Positions 19,369-28,179 of a DNA stretch of 64,000 nt are shown in pieces. The notes under the pieces are model-generated. The model was not told the DNA's origin. It did no database searches and saw nothing but the letters and a program-made list of their open reading frames with translations. The stretch is from Minisyncoccia bacterium (GTDB taxonomy: Bacteria > Patescibacteriota > Minisyncoccia > Phycocordibacterales > UBA918), in contig JBLIOC010000001.1 in NCBI GenBank assembly GCA_047639355.1, positions 3,215-67,214 of the forward strand, written 5' to 3'. The translations under genes and the position numbers were made by a program. Positions within the stretch are counted from its first letter, which is position 1. Every line of letters starts with the position of its first letter.

Positions 19369-21729
19369 ATGACAAAACTCGTACTTAAAGTAAAAGGGAT
19401 GCATTGCGCTTCTTGTTCGATACTTATAGACAAATTGCTTAAGAAACAAGAGGGTGTAATTAATTCTGCAACAAGTTACGGAGCTCAGAAAGTAGCTTTA
19501 GAATTTGATGAATCAATAATTACACTTGAAAAAATTGATGAGTTTGTAAACAAGCTTGGTTATGACGTCATCCGACCTGACGAGGACACTGGTTCATTAG
19601 AAGAAGCAGAAGCTGCTGAAGAAAAGGAACGTTTGGTTGCAAAGAAGAGAGTTATTGCTTCGTTTGCAATAGCGTCACCAATCATTGCCTACTACATGGG
19701 TGTTCACATGTTCAACTTACCTCACATTCACCAACTGTGGGGGATTGATCTTAACTACTTCTATTGGGCTCTTTCGACTCCTATTCAATTTGTAATAGGG
19801 TGGACATTCTACAGAAATGCTTGGGCGGCTGTGCGTATTGGCTCTGCTAATATGGACGTACTCGTAGTATTAGGAACTAGTGCTGCTTACTTCTACAGTA
19901 TGATCGGTTTCTTGTGGTTCAACATCGATCATCCTTTCTGGGAGAGTTCCGCCGCACTTATTTCATTTATTCTTCTTGGACGCTACGTGGAAGTAGTGGC
20001 TAAAGGCAAGGCTAGTAGTGCCATCAAGGAACTACTTAAACTTGAAGCAAAGGAAGCTAATGTCATTCGAGATGGCACTGAAGTCACTATCCCACTAAGC
20101 GACCTTGTCGAAGGTGATGTTATTGTAGTGAAGCCGGGAGGTAAGATTCCAGTTGATGGAATTATCGTTGATGGGGAAACTCATATTGATGAAAAGGTTG
20201 TTACAGGTGAATCGTTTCCAGTTAAAAGAGTTAAAGGAGATGAGGTTATTGGAGCAACCGTAAACTTAGAAGGAAGATTTAAATTTAGAGCAACAAAAGT
20301 TGGTAAAGACACACTGCTCAATCAGATCATAACCATGGTTGAGGAAGCTCAAGCTTCACGTGCTCCGGTTCAAGACTTGGTAGATAAGGTAAGTGAGTAC
20401 TTTGTACCCGCTGTAATTGTTATTTCTGTAATTACTTTTGTCGGCTGGGTATTCATTGCAGAACTACCAGTTAGAGCCGGAGTTCTAAGAATGATTGCCG
20501 TATTGGTTATCTCATGCCCGTGCGCCATGGGACTTGCTACACCAACCGCTTTAGTTGTAGGTATTGGACAAGCTGCAAAATATGGAATTATCCTCAAAGG
20601 AGGAGAGGCTTTGGAGAAAGCTTACAAGATTACAGCCATCTGCTTAGATAAAACAGGGACACTAACAATCGGAAAGCCAATCGTTACAGACTTCGTTCTT
20701 GTATCTAAAATGACAGAGTCTGATGCCTCCATTCTCGCAGCGTCAGCTGAAATGGGGTCTGAACACCCACTAGCTCGAGCCGTGATAGAGCATGCAAAGG
20801 ACTTTGGAAAGACTACGGAACCTAAAAACTTCGAAGCTGTTCAAGGTATGGGTCTAAAAGCAACGATAAAACTTAAAGGTAAGGATCATCAGGTTGCAAT
20901 TGGAAATCCTAAGTTTATGGAGAAACTTAAAAAAGACATAACTTCATATAAATCAGAATTAGATAGACTACAATCAGAGGCAAAAACAACTGTATTCCTA
21001 GTTGTAGATGGCAAGATAGTTGCTTTGATAGCAATGGCTGATGCATTAAAGCCTTTTGCAAAAGAAGCAATCACAGCTATGCGTAACATGAACAAGGAGG
21101 TTATCATGATTACTGGTGACAACCAAAAAACGGCTGACGCTATAGCTAAAGAAGTTGGTATTGAGAGGGTGCTTGCAGAAGTATTACCACAAGACAAAGC
21201 AGCAATGGTGAAAAAGTTGCAAAGTGAGGGAATGAATGTTGCGATGGTAGGGGATGGTATAAATGACTCACCAGCGCTAGCTCAGTCGAATCTAGGTATA
21301 GCAATTGGTTCAGGTACAGACGTAGCGATAGAGACTGGAGATGTTGTTCTTGTTAAAGATGACTTAAGAGACGTAGTTACTGCAATACAGCTTTCTAGTA
21401 AGACAATCAAGAAAATTTGGCAGAACTTGTTTTGGGCATTCTTCTACAACGTTGCAGCAATCCCTATTGCAGCTGGTGGTCATTTATTGTTTACTCAAGA
21501 ATCGTTTGGTATTGCAGCTGGGTGGGTGGTAGCTATACAAGATAAGTTTGGTTCAGCTGGACAGATTTTCTTCAACCTTTCACAAGCGACACTACGTCCA
21601 GAAATTGCCGGGTTTGCAATGGCGTTTAGCTCGGTATCAGTGGTTGTAAACTCGATGGTACTGCGGTTGTACACACCACCAATGGAAAAACTATCAAACG
21701 CTCAAGATAAAAAAAAGCAAGTCAAATAA
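19369..21729 (+). CDS. copA: copper-translocating P1B-type ATPase
   Basis: GMHCASC, TGES, CPC, DKTGTLT, SEHP, GDGIND, FFYN and MAFSS Cu(I) signature. Confidence 0.96.
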   Translation: MTKLVLKVKGMHCASCSILIDKLLKKQEGVINSATSYGAQKVALEFDESIITLEKIDEFVNKLGYDVIRPDEDTGSLEEAEAAEEKERLVAKKRVIASFAIASPIIAYYMGVHMFNLPHIHQLWGIDLNYFYWALSTPIQFVIGWTFYRNAWAAVRIGSANMDVLVVLGTSAAYFYSMIGFLWFNIDHPFWESSAALISFILLGRYVEVVAKGKASSAIKELLKLEAKEANVIRDGTEVTIPLSDLVEGDVIVVKPGGKIPVDGIIVDGETHIDEKVVTGESFPVKRVKGDEVIGATVNLEGRFKFRATKVGKDTLLNQIITMVEEAQASRAPVQDLVDKVSEYFVPAVIVISVITFVGWVFIAELPVRAGVLRMIAVLVISCPCAMGLATPTALVVGIGQAAKYGIILKGGEALEKAYKITAICLDKTGTLTIGKPIVTDFVLVSKMTESDASILAASAEMGSEHPLARAVIEHAKDFGKTTEPKNFEAVQGMGLKATIKLKGKDHQVAIGNPKFMEKLKKDITSYKSELDRLQSEAKTTVFLVVDGKIVALIAMADALKPFAKEAITAMRNMNKEVIMITGDNQKTADAIAKEVGIERVLAEVLPQDKAAMVKKLQSEGMNVAMVGDGINDSPALAQSNLGIAIGSGTDVAIETGDVVLVKDDLRDVVTAIQLSSKTIKKIWQNLFWAFFYNVAAIPIAAGGHLLFTQESFGIAAGWVVAIQDKFGSAGQIFFNLSQATLRPEIAGFAMAFSSVSVVVNSMVLRLYTPPMEKLSNAQDKKKQVK

Positions 21730-21742
21730 CCTAGCAGATAAG

Positions 21743-21774
21743 AAGAGTCGCGGACTTATTGTTCTCGGCTCTTT
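21743..21774 (+). terminator. probable terminator
   Basis: AAGAGTCG...CGGCTCTT imperfect hairpin. Confidence 0.5.
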
Positions 21775-21820
21775 CTGTGTATTGCAATAAAAGACACGCA
21801 ACCAGTGATATACTTACAGT

Positions 21821-22036
21821 ATGCAAAAAATAGAATTAAATATAGAAGGGATGCACTGCGGTGGATGTTCCACAGGAATACAGATGGTTACAGAAATGCT
21901 AGACGGGGTAACTTCATCATTTGTTGATTTAGATGCCAAGAAGGGAACTTTCGAGCTTGATGGAACTGGTGCCAAAGTAGAAGATATTATTGGAGAAATC
22001 ACTAAACTAGGTTACACAGCAACAGTCATTGAGTAA
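21821..22036 (+). CDS. copZ: copper chaperone (HMA domain)
   Basis: IEGMHCGGC, 71 aa. Confidence 0.88.
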   Translation: MQKIELNIEGMHCGGCSTGIQMVTEMLDGVTSSFVDLDAKKGTFELDGTGAKVEDIIGEITKLGYTATVIE

Positions 22037-22038
22037 TT

Positions 22039-22557
22039 ATGGATATTTTCACCTTACTTATTATTGGTCACCTGGTTGGGACTGTTTTAGGAGTCGGTGG
22101 AGCAACGATGATTGAGTTTCATCTAAATAAAGCTTTGAGTGACGGAAATATGTCTTTGGACGAACGTAGTATGCTCGGTCTAAACTTTGTAGTTTTGAGG
22201 ATAGGTTTAGTTTTAGCTTTAGTAACCGGCTTTGGTTTTCTTGTGTATTACGTCACACATGGTCAAGCGTTCCGTCTTCAAAACCCTGTGCTATGGGCAA
22301 AACTGTTTATGGTTGTGATTGTTGGTGTAAATGCTCTGTTACTTCAATCACATAAGATTGGGTTGTACTGGGGGAGCGCTCTATCATTTGTTACTTGGTG
22401 GGCGACCATGATTTTAGGAATATTCTTAACCAACAACGTCCGGTTTGATTTTATTACAATAATGATTGGTTACTTACTAGCAGTTGTGGCCGGAGCATTT
22501 ATACTCCACAAGATACGCGATTACGTTAAATTAAGATATAAAGCGAAAAATGCCTGA
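22039..22557 (+). CDS. multi-TM hypothetical membrane protein
   Basis: about 5 TMs; similar to 24339..24860. Confidence 0.8.
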   Translation: MDIFTLLIIGHLVGTVLGVGGATMIEFHLNKALSDGNMSLDERSMLGLNFVVLRIGLVLALVTGFGFLVYYVTHGQAFRLQNPVLWAKLFMVVIVGVNALLLQSHKIGLYWGSALSFVTWWATMILGIFLTNNVRFDFITIMIGYLLAVVAGAFILHKIRDYVKLRYKAKNA

Positions 22558-22948
22558 TATTACTTTCCCAATACAAATATTTTCCTCAGTAACAGCTCTT
22601 ATTTCTTCTTATGCTTTCCTAATGGCTGTTCTCAACAGGGAACCAAAGACTGTATGGTTAAGAGGCGCGTCATCACTGATGCTCCTTTCTAGCGGTATCT
22701 CATTTGCTCTTTACTATAGTAATTTATTTAGTTCAGACGCATATCTAGCCTTTGGCTCGGCAGCCTTTCTTTTGCTGACAGTATTGATTAGCTTAGGCAT
22801 TGCTGTAGTACACTGGTACGAAATGAGAAGCGATACCCTTAACTATCCACAAAACCTCTTGCTAACCACAAAAGTAGTTGCCGTTACTAGCTTTACAACT
22901 ATTACAATTCACTTACTGCTACAAATCGCATCTCTTGGTTGGGGGTAG
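22550..22948 (+). CDS. four-TM hypothetical membrane protein
   Basis: hydrophobic ORF overlapping the previous stop. Confidence 0.7.
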   Translation: MPDITFPIQIFSSVTALISSYAFLMAVLNREPKTVWLRGASSLMLLSSGISFALYYSNLFSSDAYLAFGSAAFLLLTVLISLGIAVVHWYEMRSDTLNYPQNLLLTTKVVAVTSFTTITIHLLLQIASLGWG

Positions 22949-23552
22949 CGAAATTATTTTTTTCTCCTTACATTTTTCTAAACCATGAAGATCTTCACTC
23001 ATTTGTTAGTCACGGTGCATTGTTCGTAACATGGTGTTAAATTTTTATTACTGTACTTTCTATATAAAAGTTCTAACGCAGTATTAACCCAAAAAGGGGA
23101 TGCCTGGGAACGTATCAACAGGAATGTGTTTCTAACTGCACAACAGTCAAATAAAGTTAGCAACATGCTGAAATATATTTACTGCGTCGCAGCTGGACAA
23201 AATCAGATATTTTACATGTTGGAAAACTAGGAGAGGCTACAGAACTAATTCTTGTTGAGCTGTACAAAATAATCCTAATTAAAAGTGTTTTTATTACTCA
23301 GGATTCCTCTCGATCTATAACTCATGCAGAGGTTAGTGTTAATCTTCCGTAAACAATATTGGAGTAAACTGCAATCATGTTGATTGGTCGACTTCTCGCC
23401 TTTTTGAAAACGTAGACAAAAACTTTAGTTGCCCGTATACACCTTTAAGTCCATATATGAAATTCGTAACAACGGCTCTATATTGTCACAGTCTTGTTGG
23501 GTAGCTGTTCAGCGAGCATGGTGTTAGTTAAGTTAGAAACTTGAAACCTGTA

Positions 23553-24251
23553 TTAGAAAAGCAATTTTATAAGTTTTTTGTAGGTGTCGTTGTGGTCATC
23601 TACTGCTATCGTTTCGATTACACCAATTACCGCTTCGTCGTTGCCTCCAGGGTATAGAGCATCACCAAAGTAAACACATTCTTCTTTATTCCAACCTTTT
23701 AGGTCGATGAGTTTTTGTACGTTGGTCCCCTTATGTCTGTCTTTATGTATGTAATCAAGGCTGGTTGAACCACCTATTTTTACAACTAGTTCTTCAGAAT
23801 TAAAGGGAACCTTTTCCATAAGGTACTCACGCTTCTTTCTGTTAGGATCGTATTTTTTTTTGGCTTCTACTGGGGCTGTGTTACCGATTGGGCTAAAGGT
23901 AATTTGTGAACCTCTGTCCTCTACTGGATTCCAGTCGGGATTCGGCTCGTGGTCAATTATTTCAACTATGGCTTTAATGTGTGACAAAATTTCTTGCCTA
24001 TGATGATTGTCGAGAGGAATGTTCCATAGCTCCTCATTTTCAACATTTGTAGCATGATTACCGTTTTGTCCAAGTGTGTAGGCTGGCAAATTACTGATCT
24101 GCCACCCAATTTTTGAAACTTCCTGTCCAGACACGATTATAACGTCGTGGTCAAGGGAGTCTAGTAGGTCATACATTTCTCTCAAAATGGGCTGCCTAGA
24201 GGGAGCAACGGTCTGATCCATGTCAAAAAATAAGTGTTTGTATTCTTTCAT
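23553..24251 (-). CDS. HAD-IIB hydrolase, phosphomannomutase (PMM/Sec53)-like
   Basis: FDMDQT, SPIG, IGGSTSLD, FGDALYPGGND; start taken at MKEYKH. Confidence 0.85.
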   Translation of the reverse strand: MKEYKHLFFDMDQTVAPSRQPILREMYDLLDSLDHDVIIVSGQEVSKIGWQISNLPAYTLGQNGNHATNVENEELWNIPLDNHHRQEILSHIKAIVEIIDHEPNPDWNPVEDRGSQITFSPIGNTAPVEAKKKYDPNRKKREYLMEKVPFNSEELVVKIGGSTSLDYIHKDRHKGTNVQKLIDLKGWNKEECVYFGDALYPGGNDEAVIGVIETIAVDDHNDTYKKLIKLLF

Positions 24252-24338
24252 GTTTAGTAGCATAAACCTATTCGCTCTTCCTGTAAATCCACAACTCTGT
24301 AATTTTTTTTTGTAAATAATACTGCTATCATATACCAT

Positions 24339-24860
24339 ATGACACTTTTTATTACTCTAGTTGCAATCTTGCAGCCATTTTCAATTTCACTTGGGGTTGG
24401 TTCCTCTACCTTAGCTATTGTAAATTTTTTCGTGACTATTGCAGATGGAGCTATAGATGAAACAGAACGAAGGATGATGGGAGTTGTTTACGTCGTACTG
24501 CGCGTAGCAACGTTGATGATCCTCCTTACTACTGGTGCACTAGTCTCAATTGAGTTTACAAACGGAGGCATCGTTGGATTCTCTACTATTATTTACGCAC
24601 AACTACTAACTCTCATTATGCTGTTTGTAAATGCTTCACTTATGACTGCTCGAGTGATGCCCAGCACCTATGGTCCAGCATTGCAGGCAGGGAGCTGGTA
24701 TACACTAGGCACACTTTCAGCATTACAGATTGTTGGGATTGTAAACTTTAGTTTCTTAAACTTCTTGTTTGGATATATTACTTGGCTGATATTAGCAGTT
24801 GCAATAGTAAATGGGATCATGTCAGTTCTAGCTGCTAGAAGAAAAGGAAAGTTACATTAA
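24339..24860 (+). CDS. multi-TM hypothetical membrane protein
   Basis: LGVGSST...DGAIDETERRMMG; paralog of 22039..22557. Confidence 0.8.
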   Translation: MTLFITLVAILQPFSISLGVGSSTLAIVNFFVTIADGAIDETERRMMGVVYVVLRVATLMILLTTGALVSIEFTNGGIVGFSTIIYAQLLTLIMLFVNASLMTARVMPSTYGPALQAGSWYTLGTLSALQIVGIVNFSFLNFLFGYITWLILAVAIVNGIMSVLAARRKGKLH

Positions 24861-24871
24861 AAGTAGATTCT

Positions 24872-24900
24872 AAAAAACACCTCAATATGAGGTGTTTTTT
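24872..24900. terminator. bidirectional terminator
   Basis: AAAAAACACCTCA-ATA-TGAGGTGTTTTTT between convergent genes. Confidence 0.85.
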
Positions 24901-24908
24901 CATTGCTT

Positions 24909-27900
24909 TTATTTTTCCACTTCTCCTGGTCGTCGACTGTATGTGATTGGGATAAGTACTAGGGTAATTATTACTGAGAATACTAATCCAAACATCACTG
25001 AATACGCAAGGGGAGCCCATAGATCTCCTGCATAGGTAAGAGGTACCATGCCGAACACTGTAGTGATGGTTGTCAGCAGAATCGGTCGTAGGCGGTTTGC
25101 TGCTGCATCTAATACAACTTCTCTCACTGGCTTACTCGGATTTGCTTTTCGCATTTTGTTCATCATGTCTATCAAGAGGATAGAGTTATTTACTACAATT
25201 CCAGACAGAGCTATGAATCCCATCATTGAAGGGAAAGAAAGTGTGCTTTGTGTAATCGCAAGACCTGACAAAATACCAATCAATGAGTACGGCAAAATAG
25301 AAAGCACGTACCGCATGTGCAAGTAGGAGTTAAATTGTAAAGTAAGAATACAGACCATCAATGCGATGCCGACAATTAACGCCAAGCCCATTTCGATGAA
25401 CGCCCGGTTTGAATCTTCTGTTTCACCACCACCCGTACTGATTATTACATCAGCTGGTACATTAAGCTCTTCTTCAATTTGAACCAATGCTGCTGCTTGG
25501 ATTTCTCGAGCATTTCCCTGCGCGGAAGCATCAGCTGATATTGTCACCACCCGCTTGCTGTCCTCGTGATTAATGACCGAACTAGACTCTCTTAAAGCAA
25601 CTGTTGCTAATGTTGAAAGTGGTACCTGTCCAGACTGAGTAGGGATTATTATCGAACTCAACGCATTTATTGATGTAATTTTCGTACTTTCTGCTGTTGG
25701 ATTATCTACGTTGTCTACGTTTAATTTAACAATCACATCAATGTCTTCATCGAGAGTAGTGAGTGAAGTCGCTTCTGTCCCAAAGAGGGCAGTACGGGCG
25801 ATCTGTGAGACTACTAGAGGACTAACACCGAGTGCAGCTGCTTTATCTCTATTTAGTTCTAGTACGAACTCAGTACTGTTGTTATTAGTACTCGTTTCAA
25901 CATTAACGGTGTTTGAGATATTTTTGAAGATTTTTGCTACACCATTTGCTAAGGTAGTAAGTTCTGTAAGATCATCACCCAAGAACTTTACTATGATCGC
26001 TGCTCCGGTCGGAGGACCATCACTTGGCTGATTGACAGTGACTTTGATGTCATTTAAGACTAAAAACTTTCGTCTCAAGTCGTCAACAATTACTGTACTA
26101 GTACGTTCACGCTCAAGATCAAGGTTTACAAAGATATTGGCAAACTTTTCACCGGTACCCCCAGATCCAAACTGACTACCACTTCCAACTGTGACAGTAA
26201 ATGAGTCAATCTCTGATTCTGCATATAGAATTTCCTCTACACGCCTAACGGAAATATCGGTCACTTCTTTAGTCGTCCCCTCAGGCTCTTCAATTTCAAT
26301 GATAACGAAATCGATATTGCTTTGTTCGAAAAAGATAACCTTTACTAGACTAGTAGAAGGGAGAAGTATTCCTGCTACAAACACAGACAACATGATAGTA
26401 ATGATTGTGGTTGGAATCCAAGCAAGCTTTCTCTTAAAGTCTGACCACCCTCGTTTTTTCTTAATAGTATGTGATTTGAGTGATACAAAGTATACAAGTG
26501 GTGCTGCAATAAGACCTGCGAAGACATTGACTGGAAGGAAGATAGAGAACAGAAGTAGTGAAAAGATGGCGGAAAGGAATTTATTCTCCCTGTCTTGATT
26601 ACCAACAATTAATTCCATTTTGCCTCGGTACCAATCGGCGAACTTGTTTGCAAACACTGCTTGTTTTTCTTCAAGTACTGATTCGTTTCTCCGCTTTAAG
26701 AACGTAGAGGCAATCAAAGGCAAAATAGCAAGTGCCACAAAGAGTGATGCAAAGAGTAGGAAGATAAGTGTAAATGGAATACTGGCAATAAATTGTCCTG
26801 TTACTCCTGACACAATAAAAAGACCAACGAACATCGATACGGTAGTGAGTGTACCGGCAATAAGTGGTGCTTTGAATTCTCGAATGGTGGTAATAGCCGC
26901 TTCTCGTTTGTCTATAGTTGGTTCGTCTTTCATTTTCTTGTTGATACCTTCAATCATCACAATTGCCGAGTCCACAAGAATTCCAATACCGAGAATAAGT
27001 GAAAACAGACTCAGGAAGTTAATTGTATTGCCTGAAAAGTACAAACCAATAAACCCAAACAAAAATGAAAGGGGAATAGCCGCTCCAGCCAGTAACCCCT
27101 CTCTCCAGCCGATCGCGAGCATTAGAAGCAACACCACTAGGATGACTGTCTGCAAACCAGATGTGGATAGCTGTACAAGATCATTTCTTATGTCCTTTCC
27201 CGCATCTAATACTGTTACTGCAGTGACTCCATCAAGTAGCTCATCTTGAACACTTAGTGCAGTTACGCGCTTATTTACTGCTGCTGCAATAGTTGTGATG
27301 TCTCCACCAGATTGCTTATATACGTTTATAGTTACTGAGTTTAGAGAGGGTTCTCCATCAACACTTAGTCTTGAAAGTAATGTGGATACAGCTAAGCCAT
27401 CTTCTACTGTAGCTAAGTCTTTAATATAAATTGGTTGTCCTCCTCGATTTGTAATACCAATATTTTTGATTTGTGTTGAGTCCTCGATGTCTCCTTCAAA
27501 GGCGACGTTGTATGAAACTCCGTTGTTTACAATCTGTCCGATTGGAAAAGTAAGATTGGCACTTGAGATTGCATTAGTTATTTCAGATAGTGAAATGTTA
27601 AACCGTTGTAGTGACACCTGGTCTACGATCACTGTTACTTCTCGGTCACGAATACCACTAAGCTCAACACGTGATACTCCAGCAACAGATTCAAGCTCGC
27701 GCTGAACATCGTCGGACAACTGGGTGAACGCAAAGTCTGAGATGTCAGCTGAAAGCGCAATGGTAAGGATTGGTTGATTTACAAAATCAACTTCCAAGAC
27801 AACAGGCTCTGTTGCATCGGTTGGTAAATCTGTCTTTATCTTATCAACCTGGTCTTTGAGGTCTGCGATTGATTTGTCTAGATCTGCACTGGCATCAAAT

Positions 27901-28175
27901 TCAATCATTACACTTGACACACTCTCGCGCGAAGTTGAAGTAATCTTTTTTACGTTTTCTAGACTCGTTAATCCACGCTCTATCTCGTTAGTAATGAGAG
28001 ATTCTATATCTGCAGCCGGCGCACCGGGCAAAGAAATTGAGACTACTCCAATCGGCACTACCACTTCTGGTGCTGATTCTTTTGGAATAGAGATGAGACT
28101 GTAGCTACCGATGCCAATCAAGGCTATGAGGAATAAGTAGGCGAACTTACTGTTTTTTATGAAGAATTCCCACAT
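24909..28175 (-). CDS. RND family efflux permease (AcrB-like)
   Basis: 1088 aa; GILVDSAIV, GIVVNNSILL, RLRPILLTT. Confidence 0.93.
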   Translation of the reverse strand: MWEFFIKNSKFAYLFLIALIGIGSYSLISIPKESAPEVVVPIGVVSISLPGAPAADIESLITNEIERGLTSLENVKKITSTSRESVSSVMIEFDASADLDKSIADLKDQVDKIKTDLPTDATEPVVLEVDFVNQPILTIALSADISDFAFTQLSDDVQRELESVAGVSRVELSGIRDREVTVIVDQVSLQRFNISLSEITNAISSANLTFPIGQIVNNGVSYNVAFEGDIEDSTQIKNIGITNRGGQPIYIKDLATVEDGLAVSTLLSRLSVDGEPSLNSVTINVYKQSGGDITTIAAAVNKRVTALSVQDELLDGVTAVTVLDAGKDIRNDLVQLSTSGLQTVILVVLLLMLAIGWREGLLAGAAIPLSFLFGFIGLYFSGNTINFLSLFSLILGIGILVDSAIVMIEGINKKMKDEPTIDKREAAITTIREFKAPLIAGTLTTVSMFVGLFIVSGVTGQFIASIPFTLIFLLFASLFVALAILPLIASTFLKRRNESVLEEKQAVFANKFADWYRGKMELIVGNQDRENKFLSAIFSLLLFSIFLPVNVFAGLIAAPLVYFVSLKSHTIKKKRGWSDFKRKLAWIPTTIITIMLSVFVAGILLPSTSLVKVIFFEQSNIDFVIIEIEEPEGTTKEVTDISVRRVEEILYAESEIDSFTVTVGSGSQFGSGGTGEKFANIFVNLDLERERTSTVIVDDLRRKFLVLNDIKVTVNQPSDGPPTGAAIIVKFLGDDLTELTTLANGVAKIFKNISNTVNVETSTNNNSTEFVLELNRDKAAALGVSPLVVSQIARTALFGTEATSLTTLDEDIDVIVKLNVDNVDNPTAESTKITSINALSSIIIPTQSGQVPLSTLATVALRESSSVINHEDSKRVVTISADASAQGNAREIQAAALVQIEEELNVPADVIISTGGGETEDSNRAFIEMGLALIVGIALMVCILTLQFNSYLHMRYVLSILPYSLIGILSGLAITQSTLSFPSMMGFIALSGIVVNNSILLIDMMNKMRKANPSKPVREVVLDAAANRLRPILLTTITTVFGMVPLTYAGDLWAPLAYSVMFGLVFSVIITLVLIPITYSRRPGEVEK

Positions 28176-28179
28176 AAGA

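Noticed and set aside
23299-23315. CAGGATTCCTCTCGATC as a third tRNA-Ala end copy closing the copper island
   Set aside because: Only about 8 matching bases, which is not distinguishable from chance
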